From: a virus
Reading direction: 5' to 3' (one strand)
DNA: 35,533 nt
IMG/VR virus record: IMGVR_UViG_3300012831_000003
The position numbers and the translations under genes were made by a program. The notes under the pieces were generated by a model. It saw only the letters and a list, made by a program, of their open reading frames with translations. It searched no databases and was not told where the DNA came from. Shown piece after piece: positions 6,671 to 14,758 of this stretch (positions are counted from its first letter, which is position 1; every line of letters begins with the position of its first letter).

Positions 6671-6699
6671 TTGCGCCTGCGTTTAGGCGCTGTTAGCTT
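6671..6699 (+). promoter_or_regulatory. Sigma-70-type promoter with embedded palindromic operator
   Basis: TTGCGC-N17-TAGCTT. The spacer carries GCGCCT-GCGTTT-AGGCGC (6673-6690). It lies 45 nt upstream of the ATG at 6744. Confidence 0.6.
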
Positions 6700-6743
6700 T
6701 GCCCTGCGGCTGTTTGGCCGCCTCACTGACTTGGGGCACAACA

Positions 6744-8027
6744 ATGCTTGCAAAGCTCATGGACACCGCCGCGCTGAAACGCGCCTGCGGTTTGGAGACG
6801 GCGGAATATGCCAATGCGGCCACGCTCGGGTTGCTGCCCCGGGCATGCGGTCAGTTCAATGGCGTTCCGGTGTGGTTTGAAACAGACGTGCGCAAATTTG
6901 CTAATGAGGTTGGCAAAACGTTTGACGAAAGCTGGAGTGACATCCACATCACGTTGGCTTCTCAGATCACAAAAAGCGCGCCGGAAGCGCAGCAGGTTGC
7001 GCACGCGGAAGCTGATCGGCAGTGGCCCGAAGAAATGCACCAGGAACTTGCAGCGCAATACATGGGATGTGGCTCACAGGTGTTGCAGAAAGGCGTCAAG
7101 GCCGGTGTGTTGAACTTCCAACGCGATGGCCGGTTGATAGTGTTTCGTAAGGAAGACTTGGACGCCTATCGGGAACTGCCCATCTTCTCTCGGCGCATCA
7201 CGCGAAAGAAGCACAAGAAAGGCGACGCGGTGGTAGTGGCCAAACCTGCCGAACCGCACAACAAGGCCGCCATGGCCAACGCGCAAACCCTGTTGACGGA
7301 AAAAGGCGCGGCCGATTTCTTGGGCATCCACTACGGCGCGTTGGCGCTCTCTCGCAAGTATGGAACCGGCCCGGTGGTAGCAATCGATTCCGCCGGCGTG
7401 CCGCGTTATCGCCTGTGCGATCTACAGGAATTTGCCGAACGTCATTTGAAATCGCATGACCACACCGACACGCGCAGCCGCACCGAAGTGGTCAAATCGG
7501 TTCGGCTTGATGGCACAACGGTAGCGGTCTCCAAAGCCGTGGCGAAGTCCACCGGCGAAGTGGTGCCCGCCCAGGTCAAGCCGGTGGAACCGCAGACCGA
7601 TACCGCCCCCATCTTTCCCAAGCTGGCCAAGCTGGCCGCCGACAAGCTCTTGTCGATGGATGAGGTTGCGCAGTACCTCGGCGTAAAGGGGAAATCCATC
7701 GGCAATTGGCGCATGCGTGACGCCTTCGCCGATGCGGATGCAATGGTGCCAGGGCGCGGCAGTGAGGCGCCGCGTTGGCGGGCCGCTACTGTCCTGCAAT
7801 GGGCAGTGAAGAATGCGCACCGCATTGAACGGTCGAAGGCACAGATTGCGCATGGCCACAATGGCCCCGACGGCAAGGTAAAGAATGCCCACATCGGCAA
7901 TGGTGTGAAGAATGGCACCCGCCGCCCAGGCGCCAAAAAGGTGTTGAAAGCCACCAGCGCGCGGCGCCAGCCCACGCGCGTTGCCAACAGCCGCGCCACG
8001 CTTGGCGGCGCCCGCGTTCGCCATTAG
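6744..8027 (+). CDS. Multi-HTH DNA-binding protein (four excisionase/MerR-type HTH repeats); candidate prophage repressor
   Basis: ATG at 6744 with GGGG 7 nt upstream. There are four repeats of the pattern aliphatic-x-x-x-E/A-A-A-x-Y/F-L-G...W/F/Y: MDTAALKRACG.., ELAAQYMGCG.., GAADFLGIHY.., MDEVAQYLGV... The tail is basic. No S24 peptidase motif. Confidence 0.75.
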   Translation: MLAKLMDTAALKRACGLETAEYANAATLGLLPRACGQFNGVPVWFETDVRKFANEVGKTFDESWSDIHITLASQITKSAPEAQQVAHAEADRQWPEEMHQELAAQYMGCGSQVLQKGVKAGVLNFQRDGRLIVFRKEDLDAYRELPIFSRRITRKKHKKGDAVVVAKPAEPHNKAAMANAQTLLTEKGAADFLGIHYGALALSRKYGTGPVVAIDSAGVPRYRLCDLQEFAERHLKSHDHTDTRSRTEVVKSVRLDGTTVAVSKAVAKSTGEVVPAQVKPVEPQTDTAPIFPKLAKLAADKLLSMDEVAQYLGVKGKSIGNWRMRDAFADADAMVPGRGSEAPRWRAATVLQWAVKNAHRIERSKAQIAHGHNGPDGKVKNAHIGNGVKNGTRRPGAKKVLKATSARRQPTRVANSRATLGGARVRH

Positions 8028-8055
8028 CCGTTGGGGGTAACACAGAGCATGACTT

Positions 8056-8081
8056 GGGCGCCCTTCCCGGCGCCCTTTTTT
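8056..8081 (+). terminator. Rho-independent terminator after the plus-strand gene
   Basis: GGGCGCC (8056-8062), loop CTTCCC, GGCGCCC (8069-8075), then TTTTTT (8076-8081). Confidence 0.75.
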
Positions 8082-8274
8082 ATGCGTCAGCGGCGGTCGG
8101 TTCAACAAGGCGCGGGCCGCGAGGTTCTACCGGGGCCGGCTCCAGCGCGCGCGCCAACGTGGCCGCCGCTTCGTTGGCGAAACGCGCCGTGGGTTCAGCC
8201 GCAGTCGGCGGCAGCGTGCGCAAGAAATCGTTGGCGATGTTGGTTAGGTAATTCAAAGCTTCATGCGGGGTCAT
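8080..8274 (-). CDS. Small hypothetical protein downstream of the tail fibre
   Basis: ATG at 8274 with GAGG 8 nt upstream. 64 aa, MTPHEALNYLTNIANDF... Confidence 0.55.
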   Translation of the reverse strand: MTPHEALNYLTNIANDFLRTLPPTAAEPTARFANEAAATLARALEPAPVEPRGPRLVEPTAADA

Positions 8275-8284
8275 GGATGTAGCC

Positions 8285-10648
8285 TCAGTGCAGAGTGTCA
8301 TTTTCCAGCCGGCGCAAACGGGTGTTGATGCCGGCCACCATTTCGGCCAACAGGCCGACAATATCCAGGCCCAGGGGCTGGCCCTCTCCAAAGTCGCGCA
8401 CATAGCTGGGCGCCAACTCTTGCCAATCCTGCGCCATGGAACCGGTCAACAAGGGCGAGTCCTTTTCGGCGCCTTTCATCCGGTAGGTGTACAGGTGCAA
8501 GTGGTCGGCCAAATCTTCGCGCACGTCAATTTCGGTAATGTCCTGCTTGTGGTCGCGGTCGCACGTCGGGGTGAACTGGGGTGCGGTGCAACCGGTGGTG
8601 AAGATCGACAGGTGCGGCGTTGGCGTGGGGCCGGTACCGGTGGCCACGGCAAAGCGAATGGATGGATCGCCTTGCATCCACATGCGCGCCTGCACGCCAC
8701 TGTCCTGCATCGTCAGGCCACCACCGAAGGCGCCTTGCAGGTTGATGGCGGCCTCGCCCACGTTATTGCCATTCGAGCCGTTACCCACCATGCCCACAAC
8801 ACCAATGGCATTAATCCACATTGCCTCCTGTGCGCCTGCACCCAAAGCCACGCGGCGGTCACCACTGCCGAAATTGATAAAGCCCAGGGTGCTTGCATCC
8901 ACCGTGCGCCGCAGTGACCACGTGGCGGTATCCCACGCGCTGCCATTGGCAGTGCGCAGCATGTACATATTCAGCGCGTCCACGTTGTTGGTGGCCACAG
9001 TGAGGCGGAAATAGTTAGCACCTGCTCCCGCCGTGGTTCCCAACGCGGCATTGGTCTTGAGGTTGAACGTGCCGGCATTGCTGATTTCAAAGCGCCCGCC
9101 GCCGTTGGCGTTTTCCATCCACATGGACTGTGCAGAGTCCACCGCCACGCGCCCGTAGGTGTTGCCGGCGAATTCCCAACTGGCCACCGCATCAAGCGAG
9201 GCGCGGAAGATGCGGGTGCGCGACGCTTCAACAATGAAAGTGTTGCCGCCGGGCCCAGGCATGTTGATGACGGAACCATCAGCCGAAACCGTCCACGACG
9301 CGGTAATAGCGCTATCGCTGGCGCGCATCCAGGTAATCGAGCCGGTGGACATGATGATAGCCGCGCCGGAAAACGACACGGAATTTTGCACATTCCAGCC
9401 ACCGGCAGAATCCAGCACACGCGCCCACTGCGCTGGGGTGAACGCGCCGGCCGCTACAGCGCCAGGGGCGCGGTAGACATAGCCACCCGATGCCACGTAA
9501 TCGCCAAGCGCATAGGCCGCCGTGGTGGAATGGAAGCGCACAGGCAACATGGCGACATTGGCACCGGATGCGCCCACGAAAAGCTGCATCCGGCCCAGGT
9601 CGGTGCCCAACTGCCCGGTGGCCATCGCGGCAAGGTCGGCACCCGTGGTGCCACGCTGCGGCGAGATGACTTGATTGGTCGAGTCAATGACAAAGTTGGT
9701 CAACGGCACCGGCGTGCCCGCACGCCCCGCAATGCCGTTCACATTGTTGATCGCAAAGCCGCCCATGTTCAGGGGGCCCGCCATGGCCACGGTGCCATCG
9801 GTGCGCAGGAACCCCTGCATATTGATGGTGTTACCCATGCGGAACCACGCACCGCTGCCGTTGTAGGCAATCGAATCGCCGTTGAACACCGTTACGCCAG
9901 CAAGCGTGCCGGTCAGGTAGGTGTAACCGCCGGTGGTAAGCCCATCGATCACCCAAAAGTCGCCGATGGCCGGCGCCCCGCCACTGCCGTGGCCACCGGT
10001 GGTGGGGTATTCAAAATTCACCGCCGGGCGGAACGTGCCGCAGTACCGCAGGCCGCTTGCCACGCTCGGAATGAATGACGGGTCGATAGTGCCATCGGCC
10101 AACGTGCGCACCACGATGCCGGGCGCAGCCACCGTGCCGGTGGCCTGCCACGTCGGCAGTCCACCCGACACCGACATGATGGAATTGGCCACGCCGATGG
10201 CCATGGATGTCAACCAGCCCCCAGCGGCACCCACCAGCAGCGAACCGGCGGTGGCCGTGGGCAGTCGCACCTGATAGAGCGTGTCCGCCCACTGACGCGA
10301 CAGGGCGGCGTTGTTTGCCGGCTCATTGGCGATTAGGTTTAGAACACCGGTCATCGTGTCGCCGGCACGCAATACGCGCGTGTTGGCGTTTGCGTTGGCC
10401 GCTGACGCGGCATCGCGCGCTACCTGATCGTTGCCAATGTCAGACAGCCACGCGCTATTGGCCTGATTACGACGGCGCATAACGCCATCCCCACCGCCAG
10501 ACAGATCAAGCCACAGCATGCCGGGGAAAGTGACAGCAGGTTGCGTGGTGCCACTGTTGACGGTCACCACGGCCTGCAATGCGTTGTTCAAATCCGTGCG
10601 GAAGTTTAAGCCGGTGTCGTTGGCAATGTTGTAATCATGTTGCGGCAT
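8285..10648 (-). CDS. Tail fibre with C-terminal intramolecular-chaperone (peptidase S74-like) domain
   Basis: The N-terminus MPQHDYNIANDTGLNFRTDLNNALQ is typical of fibre anchors. The body is Gly/Ala/Thr-rich. The last 92 aa (CDRDHKQDI...YTYRMK...GSMAQDWQELAPSYV...) fit the S74 pattern. Confidence 0.85.
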   Translation of the reverse strand: MPQHDYNIANDTGLNFRTDLNNALQAVVTVNSGTTQPAVTFPGMLWLDLSGGGDGVMRRRNQANSAWLSDIGNDQVARDAASAANANANTRVLRAGDTMTGVLNLIANEPANNAALSRQWADTLYQVRLPTATAGSLLVGAAGGWLTSMAIGVANSIMSVSGGLPTWQATGTVAAPGIVVRTLADGTIDPSFIPSVASGLRYCGTFRPAVNFEYPTTGGHGSGGAPAIGDFWVIDGLTTGGYTYLTGTLAGVTVFNGDSIAYNGSGAWFRMGNTINMQGFLRTDGTVAMAGPLNMGGFAINNVNGIAGRAGTPVPLTNFVIDSTNQVISPQRGTTGADLAAMATGQLGTDLGRMQLFVGASGANVAMLPVRFHSTTAAYALGDYVASGGYVYRAPGAVAAGAFTPAQWARVLDSAGGWNVQNSVSFSGAAIIMSTGSITWMRASDSAITASWTVSADGSVINMPGPGGNTFIVEASRTRIFRASLDAVASWEFAGNTYGRVAVDSAQSMWMENANGGGRFEISNAGTFNLKTNAALGTTAGAGANYFRLTVATNNVDALNMYMLRTANGSAWDTATWSLRRTVDASTLGFINFGSGDRRVALGAGAQEAMWINAIGVVGMVGNGSNGNNVGEAAINLQGAFGGGLTMQDSGVQARMWMQGDPSIRFAVATGTGPTPTPHLSIFTTGCTAPQFTPTCDRDHKQDITEIDVREDLADHLHLYTYRMKGAEKDSPLLTGSMAQDWQELAPSYVRDFGEGQPLGLDIVGLLAEMVAGINTRLRRLENDTLH

Positions 10649-10660
10649 GGCGGCGGCCCA

Positions 10661-11149
10661 TCAAAGTGAAAGGGTGTCGAAATTGCTTAGTTCATCGATC
10701 TTTTCTGGCGTCACGTCATCCACCTTCGCGAACTGGCCAGCGGTGGACGTGTCAGCGCGCGGGTCTAGCATTGCCTCAACTTCGGCCAACACAGTGACGC
10801 GCCACAGGTTCGGGCCGATCATCGTTTGATTGGTGTCGGCGATGAAGCGGATACGGTGGTACATGCAATCGGATTTCGGCCGCCACACCCGCGCCGCGCC
10901 GGTCACCAAATCCATGGCGAACCATCCGTAGGCGAATTGATGGCAGAACATTTGGAAGACGGCCAATTGCGTGGTGTTCATACGCCACGACAAGTTGAAC
11001 GTACCCGGCATACCCCATTGCGTGCGGCGCTGGCGCGTGCTGCCGCCTTGCATGGTGGTGCGCAGCAGGCCGAAGCCCACCGTATATTGGTAACTGTCCC
11101 GGTCGGGCATGGGCAACGCGGCGGGCCAAATCGGCATCGTGATGGCCAT
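10661..11149 (-). CDS. Tail-associated hypothetical protein
   Basis: The ATG at 11149 overlaps the J-like stop (TAATG). Lies between the host-specificity protein and the fibre. Confidence 0.6.
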   Translation of the reverse strand: MAITMPIWPAALPMPDRDSYQYTVGFGLLRTTMQGGSTRQRRTQWGMPGTFNLSWRMNTTQLAVFQMFCHQFAYGWFAMDLVTGAARVWRPKSDCMYHRIRFIADTNQTMIGPNLWRVTVLAEVEAMLDPRADTSTAGQFAKVDDVTPEKIDELSNFDTLSL

Positions 11150-13878
11150 TAGGTCACCCACCCTTGCACAAAGGTGTCAACATATTTCGCGTCGCTGTAC
11201 TCAATGCCGGTAACGCGCACGCGCAACGGCCCGTTGGCCTCCAGGTCGGTCACCGAAAATTCTTTCAGGATTGATGTTGCCGCAGGTGCCAGCCACATGG
11301 TGCCGTCCCCCGTATTGTCACCGCCCTTCACCGGAACAGGCGGCACGTTCGCTAACACAACCTCATGGTCGGTAATCCGCGCGGCAATCGCCGCACCTTG
11401 CGTCACCGTGCCGTCGGCGCCCTGAAAATAGATCACCGTTGCATTGGCCGGCACTGGCCCATCAAGTGACAAGCGCAGGGTGTAGGGGTTCCAGGTCTGC
11501 ACCTTGCCCGACGTGCCGTTGTCGATCACCGGAATTTCTACTGCAAAACGTGTTAACGGTTGTAACAAGTACCCCTCGCCCTCCAGCTCAAGCTGCGCGG
11601 TGCGGCGGTTGGCCTTGCGCTCTTGCCATGTCAACTTGGCCCAATCGTGCGCCTGCTGCACCGACGTGCATCCGAACAGTTCCATGGATTCGGGCTTCAC
11701 GCCTTGGGTTGGGTAGTAATACCGCGCTTCCACAAAGGTGGCCGGGTCGGTATAGATCAGCTCCAGACAATCCGGTTCGTCTACCCCGTCGAAGTTGTAA
11801 CCAATTTGCAGGGTGTCCTGCACGATATTTGCCGGGGAGAAGATGAAGCTTCGCGAGCGCGGCGCATCCTGCGCGCAGCTAATCAGATTACCGATGGGTA
11901 GCGGGATCGCCTTCACGACACCCACCACGTTTTGCAGCGCTTCAATCACGGTGATTTGTGAGTCGAACACCGCATTAAAGCCGGCCGTGGTCGCCCACTG
12001 ATTGCGGAAGCTCACCAGCTTTGCGCGGTCAGTTTCCGCCGCTGGACGCTTGGCGCCATAGGCGGTATTTTCCAGCACGTCGCAAAAGATGTCTGCCGGG
12101 TTGGACGTGGCCACCAACGCCCCGTGGTTGATGTCTGGCACCTTGCGGGTACAGTCAACCTTGATGCGCCGATTGGCCGCCGCCGACAGGCCGGACGATG
12201 CCTGAAACTTCATCACCAGCAAAGTGCAGTCTTCATAGGCCGGCGTCCCGTAAGGGTGATACAGGCGCGAGCGAATGGCCGATAGTTCGGCCTTGCTGAT
12301 TTCCTTTGATGCGCGCTGATCGCGGGTGTTGGTGCGCGCAATGCGCACGCGGTAGCGCCCCACCGGCACGTTGTAGGTCAGTGTCCAGCGACGCGGGTTA
12401 GATGTGGCGCCGGTGAATGTTTGGTTGAATTCCATCACTGCGCCAGTGGGCGAACTGTTCGCATCGATGGGTTGAATTTGGATGCGCAACACAATCTCTT
12501 CGCGATTGTAGTCGCCCTTATCGGTCACCCACGCCAAGCCGCTGGGCATGTTGATGTCCACATACACCCGGTCGATAAAGGTGTCGGCGCGATTAGTCGC
12601 CCACCATCCGCGCCAGCGGTAAGGATCGGCAGCGGTCGGGGTGTCTGGCGTCCACTCCGTGATGGAGTAGGTCACGAATGCATTGCGCACCACGTCGAGT
12701 TGTTGCGACGGCCAGATGCCAATATCGGTGCCCGTGGTGAAACCCGGGCCCTGCCTGCGCATCCACACGCGGGTGGTGCCCACGGTGAACTTGTAGATTT
12801 GATATGGCCCATACAGCGCGCCCGATGCCCCGCTCGGGAAACGCACATAGATGATGTCGTTAAGTTGGACGTTCGGCACGTTGCTGTTGGCATAGAGCAC
12901 CTTAACGTCACCCTCTGCCGTGTCGGTGGCATCGATCAACTGCGCCACTACCGGGTGGATTTCCATTCCCACCGGCGCCGGCAACGGGCCATCAAACACG
13001 GCCGAGTTGTTGGGGCCGATGCCAACATACGTCAACACCGCCACACCGCCGGCCGAGTTGGTGACCACGTAACGCTTGCCAGGGACAAGGCCCGTCCACA
13101 CCGTGCCGGCCACGCTGCCATCGGGGGTTAGCGTGCCGCCGTTGACGGTGCCAGCGATGGTCACTTCGGCCGGGTCATTGGGCGCGGCGATGTCCACCCC
13201 GGTGGTTTCCGGAATGGTGTACATGTCTTCAACCACGCCGGTGGCCGCTTCAATGATGCCCATCCGCTGTTGGTGGTCGGAAGACTTGAAAATCCAGGCT
13301 GCCACGTTGCCGGCGGGAAAATCCGTGATGCGTGCGTCGCCCAAATAGATGTCGTGAATATCAAACTCACCCATCCCAAGGCACAGGATCATTGACACCT
13401 GTTCATTGTGGTTGACGTACTCCGCATAGGATTGCGCAGCGATGTCTGGCATCGCCAGCACGCGGCCATAGATGACCGGGATGGTCTGGCCAAGGCGCGC
13501 GGCGTTTTGTTCAATGTTGACCGAGTAGGCGGGGCTGGCCGTTTTGTTCTTACTCTTCGGCCGCATGATGTAGGAAATCAGGTAAGACACCGCCGCCGAC
13601 ACCAACGCGGTAATTACCATCTTGCCTACAGTTGCCCACACGCCACCGGCCACGATGCCTGGGCGCAGGCATAGCGCAATCTGCATGCCTTCACGCACCG
13701 GCGTGTCGGCCGGCGCGGTGTGCCCGTCGATCACAAACACCATGCGTTCGGCGTCAAGCTCGGGGAATGCCCGGGCCGCCGCTTCGGCAATGGTGCCGCC
13801 CTCCACTTCCACCGGGCGCAATTCGGCGCGGGTGGAGCGCATCAGGTTGGCGAAATAGTGGACAGTCACGGACGCCAT
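11149..13878 (-). CDS. Host-specificity / central tail tip protein, lambda gpI::gpJ-like fusion
   Basis: The N-terminal ~75 aa look ubiquitin-like and are followed by hydrophobic helices (GVWATVGKMVITALVSAAVSYLISYI), as in gpI. The rest is a 800-aa J-like body (IPVIYGRV...). Confidence 0.8.
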   Translation of the reverse strand: MASVTVHYFANLMRSTRAELRPVEVEGGTIAEAAARAFPELDAERMVFVIDGHTAPADTPVREGMQIALCLRPGIVAGGVWATVGKMVITALVSAAVSYLISYIMRPKSKNKTASPAYSVNIEQNAARLGQTIPVIYGRVLAMPDIAAQSYAEYVNHNEQVSMILCLGMGEFDIHDIYLGDARITDFPAGNVAAWIFKSSDHQQRMGIIEAATGVVEDMYTIPETTGVDIAAPNDPAEVTIAGTVNGGTLTPDGSVAGTVWTGLVPGKRYVVTNSAGGVAVLTYVGIGPNNSAVFDGPLPAPVGMEIHPVVAQLIDATDTAEGDVKVLYANSNVPNVQLNDIIYVRFPSGASGALYGPYQIYKFTVGTTRVWMRRQGPGFTTGTDIGIWPSQQLDVVRNAFVTYSITEWTPDTPTAADPYRWRGWWATNRADTFIDRVYVDINMPSGLAWVTDKGDYNREEIVLRIQIQPIDANSSPTGAVMEFNQTFTGATSNPRRWTLTYNVPVGRYRVRIARTNTRDQRASKEISKAELSAIRSRLYHPYGTPAYEDCTLLVMKFQASSGLSAAANRRIKVDCTRKVPDINHGALVATSNPADIFCDVLENTAYGAKRPAAETDRAKLVSFRNQWATTAGFNAVFDSQITVIEALQNVVGVVKAIPLPIGNLISCAQDAPRSRSFIFSPANIVQDTLQIGYNFDGVDEPDCLELIYTDPATFVEARYYYPTQGVKPESMELFGCTSVQQAHDWAKLTWQERKANRRTAQLELEGEGYLLQPLTRFAVEIPVIDNGTSGKVQTWNPYTLRLSLDGPVPANATVIYFQGADGTVTQGAAIAARITDHEVVLANVPPVPVKGGDNTGDGTMWLAPAATSILKEFSVTDLEANGPLRVRVTGIEYSDAKYVDTFVQGWVT

Positions 13879-14261
13879 GCAAACGCCTCCCAGCCAAACA
13901 CCGTGGCATCAATTGCCATCAGCGGCGCCACGTGCGTGCCCAGCTCTCGCGAGGCGGTCAGCACTTCCCGCTCATTGATGAAAAGCCCGATGTGGTACAC
14001 CGCGCCGGTGCGGTCAAACACCGCCAGGATGGCCCCAGGCTGCGGCTTGCACGGCTCCCACTGGCCGGTGGCCCAGGCTTGCCGCGCGCAGGCGTCAGCG
14101 TCGTGCAGGTGTGCCAGCATCGCGCCCGGGTCTGGCAGCTCCAGGCCAAACAATTGCCGCGCACCGGCGACAGTCACGCTCCAGCAATCGAAGGCGGCCG
14201 GGCCGTTGGATTTGAACCGGTATGGCTTGCCCACCAGTGCGTCGAGCGCTTGCATGTTCAT
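13866..14261 (-). CDS. NlpC/P60-family tail tip protein (lambda gpK-like)
   Basis: ATGA overlap at 14258-14261. FDCWS (Cys nucleophile context) and a later HIGLF (His). Confidence 0.75.
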   Translation of the reverse strand: MNMQALDALVGKPYRFKSNGPAAFDCWSVTVAGARQLFGLELPDPGAMLAHLHDADACARQAWATGQWEPCKPQPGAILAVFDRTGAVYHIGLFINEREVLTASRELGTHVAPLMAIDATVFGWEAFAWRP

Positions 14262-14758
14262 CGGATAAGCCCCGGCCAGCGCTCGGGGCGATACACCACA
14301 CCCGGCCACTTGTTGTTGATGATGTCGCTACGCGATGCGGTCAGTTGCACGGTGGAGACGGTGGCCACCACCTGATAGGCATATAGCGTGATGGGGTTTG
14401 CGGCCGGCGCCGTGGTGTCGCTGTCCAGGTAAGCGCGCCACACCACGCGGATGGGAAATTGTGGCTGCTGTTGGGCGATCTCCAGCGCTTGCCAGACTTC
14501 GGCATCAACATTGTCGATCAACACCGACATATCTTGCCGGCCTTTGGTGCCGGCGCCGGGCAAGTCAACTTGAAAGCCCAGCGGCATGGTTTCCAGGTAA
14601 CGTCCATCCTCGGCGATGACAATGCGCCGCGTCCAGGTGTTGGACAGGACATAAGAGCGCGTCCACCCCGGGTGCGTCAGCTCCAGCACGTCCCAGAATT
14701 GGTCATGCGGGTTGGCGTCGATCAAGTAATCTTTCAGTGCAGGGGTGGGGCCAATCAT
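14258..14758 (-). CDS. Minor/distal tail protein (lambda gpL position)
   Basis: 166 aa directly after the tape measure with an ATGA overlap. The assignment is positional. Confidence 0.6.
   Translation of the reverse strand: MIGPTPALKDYLIDANPHDQFWDVLELTHPGWTRSYVLSNTWTRRIVIAEDGRYLETMPLGFQVDLPGAGTKGRQDMSVLIDNVDAEVWQALEIAQQQPQFPIRVVWRAYLDSDTTAPAANPITLYAYQVVATVSTVQLTASRSDIINNKWPGVVYRPERWPGLIR

Noticed and set aside
8285-10648. A diversity-generating retroelement acting on the tail fibre.
   Set aside because: No reverse transcriptase ORF occurs anywhere in the window, and no template/variable repeat pair was seen near the fibre 3' end.
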